Positions 41,631-45,038 of a stretch of 45,038 nt of DNA are shown piece after piece. The notes below the pieces were generated by a model that saw nothing but the letters and a program-made list of their open reading frames with translations, made no database searches and was not told the origin of the DNA. The stretch lies in the NCBI GenBank assembly GCA_016782785.1, contig JADHXV010000001.1, positions 1 through 45,038 on the forward strand, read 5' to 3'. Both the position numbers and the translations under genes were made by a program. The DNA is from Planctomycetota bacterium. GTDB lineage: Bacteria; Planctomycetota; Phycisphaerae; FEN-1346. The stretch's first letter is position 1; each line of letters begins with the position of its first letter.

Positions 41631-43919
41631 TTACGAGGGCTCGTTTTCAGGGGCGTCGGACGACGGTTCGTCCGATGCCGATGCGTCGTCGGCGGGCACC
41701 TGCCCCTCGGCCGCCGGGAACGTGATGCGGACGCGCGTGCCCCGGCCGGGCGACGATTCCAGCGCCATCTGCCCGCCGTTGGCCTGGACCGCGCGGTACG
41801 CCTTCGGCAGGCCCAGGCCCCGCCGCCGGCCGGCCTCGTACCCGCTGTAGAACGGGTCGAAGGCCCGGGACCGGATCTCGGGGGCCATGCCGGGACCGTC
41901 ATCGGTGACGACGAATCGGGCGGCCGCCCGGCTCGGCAGGACCTCGACGCGGACGGCCACGTTGCCGCCGCCTGCCTGGCTGCACGCCTGGACGCCGTTG
42001 CGGACGACCTCGGCCAGCGCCGCGGCGACCTGATCGCGGTCGACGCAAATGGCCGGCGCGTCGTCGGGCCCCTCGGCTGCGACGCGGACGCCTGCGGCTT
42101 CGGCGGCCGGTGCCTCGGCCTCGGCCGTCGCATGCGCCAGCGCGACCGGGTCGACCAGCGTCGGCCGGGGCAGGGGCGGTCGGGCGAACGTCTTGAGTTC
42201 GGCGAGGATGTCGCTGATGCGATGGGCCTGCTGGATGAGCGTGTCGAAGGTCTTGCGGCGGCCGGGGTCCTGCTCGTCGGCAGCGAATTGCTGGAGTCGG
42301 CCGCTGATGACCGCCAGCGGGTTGTTGATTTCGTGGGCGGCGCCGGTCGCCATCTCGCTCAGCGACGCCACGTTCTCCTGCTGGAGCGAGGCGCGGTGGG
42401 CCGATTCGAGCCGGCGGTTGGCGTCGGCCAGTTCTTCCGACAGGGCCACCAGGTCGGCCTCGGCCTGGGCCCGCTTCAGGGCGGTGCCGGCGATGCCGGC
42501 CAGGTCGGCCGCGTGGTCCGACGCTTCGGGTCCGAGCGGCTCGTCGGCGTCAGGCCGGGCGAACACGATGCCGCCCACGCGCTGCTCGCCGACCGTCATC
42601 GCCACCGTGTAGAACGGTCCCGGTCCGAGGGTCGGCCCTTGCCGCTCGAACAGCCAGTTCTCCATCTGTTCGGCGCGGACCGGCCGGTCGCTGCGGAGGG
42701 TCTCGGAGGTCGGCTCGAGGTTGACGAACGAGCCGAGGTCGTAAAGGAAATGGTCCTCGACGCCGGCGTCGGGGGTGTAGCGGACGCCCTCGACGTACCC
42801 GCCCTCGCGGGCCAGCAGGTACGGGACGACGACGCGGCAGCCGAGGCCGCCGGCCGCCGCCGCCGCGATGCGCTCCATGACCTCGCGGGGTCGGGCCACG
42901 GCCGCCAGGTCGGCGCTCAGGGCGATCAGGTGGTGGGCGTGGGCGGCCTCGGCCTGGGCCCGGCGCGTCGCGCGCTGCCGGTCCCGGTGCAACCGGCCCA
43001 GCCGCGCGTTCGCGGACACGTACACGGTGCGCATCTGCTCGCTGGTCGGGTCGGCGTCGAAGCCGACCGGCCCCGTGATCAACTCGATGGCCCGGGCGAT
43101 CTGCCGGCCGATATGCTCGGCCTGAACGCCGGAAAGACCGAGCGTCTCGGCCACCTCGGCGGGGTTCTCGGCCACCTGCTCGCTGGCGTACGTGCCGAAG
43201 CCGTGCTGGCGGGCCAGCAGATCGGCCAGGCGGACCACCTGGGCCAGCGTCCCGACGCCCGGCCGCGAGCCTTCCGGCACCTGGGCCTGGTGATGCAGCC
43301 AGATGACGTTCTGGAAGACTTCCGCGAACCCCCATCGCTGGGCCAACCGCTTGCCGAGGATCGCGTGGTCGACGCCCAGGAGGTCGCGTTCGGCCTCCAG
43401 GAGGTCGCCGCCGCCGGCCTCGACGCGCTCAAGCACCTGGGCGTAGGCCCGCGGCATGAGGAGGCGCATGGCAATCTGGCCCAGGTCGTGGAGCAGGCCG
43501 GCCATGAGCGCCGTTTCGGGCGACACGGTCCCAAGGCGTGTGGCGGTGACCTGGGCCGCCATGGCCACGGCCAACGTGTGTCGCCACAGCGCCCGCAGGT
43601 GAACCTGGTCGAGAAGGTCGCGCTGGACCGCCTGCGTGTTGAGCATCTCGGCCGCCAGCACCTCCAGCGGGACCGCCTCGAAGACGCGGTCGATGCTCGT
43701 GAGGTCGTCGGCCGGATGGCCGAGGTCGATGGCCAGTTTCAACGCCTTGGCGGCCAGGGCGGGGTCCACCTCGACGGCCATCTGGAGGTCGCGCCGGTTC
43801 GGACGGTCGTTCGTCACAACCGACAGCACATGGCAGGCCAGGCCGGGCAGCGTGGGGACCTGGTCCAGGTCCTCCAGCAGCATCTCGATCTTGCGACGCC
43901 TCAGCCCGACAGCCGGCAT
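41631..43919 (-). CDS. Sensor histidine kinase with an N-terminal HDOD domain, central GAF-like region, HisKA and HATPase_c
   Basis: HDOD (LPTLPGLACHVLSVV, GLLHDLGQIAM, DHAILGKRLAQRWGF), H-box GAAHEINNPLAVISG, N/G boxes (VRNGVQA, DDGPGM, GLGL). No clear TM helices, so it is probably cytoplasmic. Confidence 0.85.
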   Translation of the reverse strand: MPAVGLRRRKIEMLLEDLDQVPTLPGLACHVLSVVTNDRPNRRDLQMAVEVDPALAAKALKLAIDLGHPADDLTSIDRVFEAVPLEVLAAEMLNTQAVQRDLLDQVHLRALWRHTLAVAMAAQVTATRLGTVSPETALMAGLLHDLGQIAMRLLMPRAYAQVLERVEAGGGDLLEAERDLLGVDHAILGKRLAQRWGFAEVFQNVIWLHHQAQVPEGSRPGVGTLAQVVRLADLLARQHGFGTYASEQVAENPAEVAETLGLSGVQAEHIGRQIARAIELITGPVGFDADPTSEQMRTVYVSANARLGRLHRDRQRATRRAQAEAAHAHHLIALSADLAAVARPREVMERIAAAAAGGLGCRVVVPYLLAREGGYVEGVRYTPDAGVEDHFLYDLGSFVNLEPTSETLRSDRPVRAEQMENWLFERQGPTLGPGPFYTVAMTVGEQRVGGIVFARPDADEPLGPEASDHAADLAGIAGTALKRAQAEADLVALSEELADANRRLESAHRASLQQENVASLSEMATGAAHEINNPLAVISGRLQQFAADEQDPGRRKTFDTLIQQAHRISDILAELKTFARPPLPRPTLVDPVALAHATAEAEAPAAEAAGVRVAAEGPDDAPAICVDRDQVAAALAEVVRNGVQACSQAGGGNVAVRVEVLPSRAAARFVVTDDGPGMAPEIRSRAFDPFYSGYEAGRRRGLGLPKAYRAVQANGGQMALESSPGRGTRVRITFPAAEGQVPADDASASDEPSSDAPENEPS

Positions 43920-43940
43920 GGCTCGGTCCCGCCCAGGAGG

Positions 43941-44504
43941 CTACAGTTTCAGGAGTTCGGCGATCTTGGCGACGAGTTCGTCAATCTGGAACGGCTTGTG
44001 CAGGAAGGCGTCAACGCCCATCTTCTCTATCTTGGCGCGCTCGCTCTCATCGATGTGGGCGCTGATGAGGATGATTCGGGTGTCTTCGAGGCTCGGGTTG
44101 CTGCGAATGGTCTTGCAGACGACGTCGGCGTTGACGTCGGGCAGCATGTAGTCGAGGACGATGACGTCAGGGCGGAACTGCTGCGTCAGGAGCCCGGCAT
44201 CGTAGCCGGTGGTGGCGGTCTTGACCTCGAACCGGCCGTCGCGCTCCAGGACGTCGACCAGCAGTTCAACAATCGGCACCTCGTCATCAACAACCAGGAC
44301 TTTCTCCTTGTCGGAATCGAGGTTGGTGAGCGGGATGCTGTTTCCCTTCATGAACTTGATGAGGCTTTCCCTGGGAATCCGGCGGAACCGGGACCCCGGG
44401 ACGTAGAAGCCGTCGAGTTTGCCGGCGTCGAAACAACGGATGATGGTCTGCTGGCTGACGCGGCAAACTTTGGCGGCTTCGCCGGTAGAATAGACGTCTT
44501 TCAT
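43941..44504 (-). CDS. DNA-binding response regulator with an N-terminal excisionase/MerR-type HTH and a C-terminal REC domain
   Basis: YSTGEAAKVCRVSQQTIIRCFDAGKL...RRIPRESLIKFM is an HTH_17-like domain. VLVVDDEVPIVELL...DVIVLDYMLPDVNA...DAFLHKPF is the receiver. Confidence 0.8.
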   Translation of the reverse strand: MKDVYSTGEAAKVCRVSQQTIIRCFDAGKLDGFYVPGSRFRRIPRESLIKFMKGNSIPLTNLDSDKEKVLVVDDEVPIVELLVDVLERDGRFEVKTATTGYDAGLLTQQFRPDVIVLDYMLPDVNADVVCKTIRSNPSLEDTRIILISAHIDESERAKIEKMGVDAFLHKPFQIDELVAKIAELLKL

Positions 44505-44578
44505 AGCGGGTTCCCTCGCTCAGTGCCCTCGCGTTCGACCCGGCTTTCCTAAACTTGCCCATCTCCCCCAGATTCACA

Positions 44579-44607
44579 ATTATCTATCGGCCCCTGCGGT
44601 TTGTCAA
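44579..44607 (-). promoter_or_regulatory. Sigma-70-like promoter upstream of the HTH-REC gene (TTGACA-17-GATAAT)
   Basis: The reverse complement of 44579-44607 is ttgaca aaccgcaggggccgata gataat. It lies about 75 nt upstream of ATG 44504. Confidence 0.45.
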
Positions 44608-44852
44608 CTTCAAGTTTTCGATTTGGGAAAGTGGTAAGACAGGGGAGGGTGAGCGAGAGCGTCCGATAACCGTTTTGGCACCGCCACGTTCATGGTGATG
44701 GGCTTCGGGCTACCGCTGAAATCACACGAAGGGCAAGGGGGCAGCGCAGGCGGTCTGACACCGACCGGGAAAACGCGCCTTCCAGAGCGCGCGAATGCGG
44801 CTTGGACGCTGTTCGGAGGGCTCCGCAAGGGCTGGGGATGCCGGGAATTCGC

Positions 44853-44880
44853 TTGACAAGGCGCGATGGCGAGATAGAAT
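44853..44880 (+). promoter_or_regulatory. Sigma-70-like promoter (TTGACA-16-TAGAAT) followed by a two-hairpin leader
   Basis: ttgaca aggcgcgatggcgaga tagaat. The downstream hairpins are gctgacgac-g-gtcgtcagc and atccggg-aaat-cccggat, before ATG 44965. Confidence 0.45.
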
Positions 44881-44964
44881 CATGGTAATTGCTGACGACG
44901 GTCGTCAGCGAAAGGTCATCCGGGAAATCCCGGATTGTTGATTCGTCTGTTGGGGGGACTAAAC

Positions 44965-45038
44965 ATGCAACTCATCCGCTCCATGTGGTTTGTGTCATCT
45001 GTTCTCGTTGTGGCCTTAGTCAGTCCAACACTCGGGGA
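44965..45038 (+). CDS. 5' end of a secreted or membrane protein (partial; runs off the window)
   Basis: MQLIRSMWFVSSVLVVALVSPTLG looks like a signal peptide. A promoter-like motif lies upstream. Only 24 codons are visible, in a lower-GC region. Confidence 0.3.
   Translation, partial: MQLIRSMWFVSSVLVVALVSPTLG

Noticed and set aside
44610-44828. 72-aa minus-strand ORF in the lower-GC gap
   Set aside because: It has no RBS, no recognisable motif and odd composition, and it lies between two divergent promoter-like motifs. It is more likely non-coding.
1-45038. rRNA, tRNA, tmRNA or RNase P genes
   Set aside because: No tRNA-like T-arm/acceptor pattern (GGTTCGAATCC-type) and no rRNA-like conserved block was noticed on either strand. 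All gaps longer than 150 nt are accounted for by repeats or promoter regions. A scan with tRNAscan-SE or Infernal would be needed to be certain.

Overview
This is a high-GC (about 70% in hand-counted housekeeping lines) bacterial chromosomal segment that is densely coding. The gene content (DUF1570-type secreted protein, many TPR proteins, HDOD and HD-GYP signalling, Tat lipoproteins) suggests a Planctomycetota-like organism, but that is inference only. All calls rest on reading the supplied ORF translations and the DNA by eye; no similarity search was run.

Most of the window is housekeeping: ribH (3' end), nusB, ftsY, bacterioferritin, aroD-aroE fusion, rpsT, def-fmt-DUF116-rsmB, a CDF transporter, surE, dnaG-rpoD, glyQS, trkH/trkA, rpiB and a tsaC-phosphatase fusion. 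It also holds a three-gene signalling cluster (HTH-REC, HDOD histidine kinase, REC-GAF-HD-GYP), three TPR genes and several secreted proteins or lipoproteins.

The most interesting locus is a compact, lower-GC, roughly 1.9-kb two-gene cassette at about 1857-3761.
- Gene 1 is an ABC-type (AAA15/OLD-like) ATPase.
- Gene 2 is translationally coupled to it and is a small DUF4276-type protein with a Toprim-like acidic motif pattern.
- The cassette sits exactly at the 3' end of ftsY and is bracketed by a 50-bp direct repeat (49/50 identical). That repeat duplicates the last codons of ftsY and leaves an orphan ftsY tail downstream.
- No integrase or transposase is present.
- I read it as a candidate uncharacterised split-OLD / PARIS-like defence module with an unusual insertion architecture.

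The second theme is a rich set of intergenic repeat families: conserved flanks around variable GC hairpins, 28-nt palindromes, an identical 32-nt element, a 132-bp tandem duplication, and heptamer and nonamer micro-arrays. These fill almost every larger intergenic gap.

No rRNA, tRNA, CRISPR array or transposase was recognised. Many long antisense or off-frame ORFs in the track are high-GC artefacts and are not reported.
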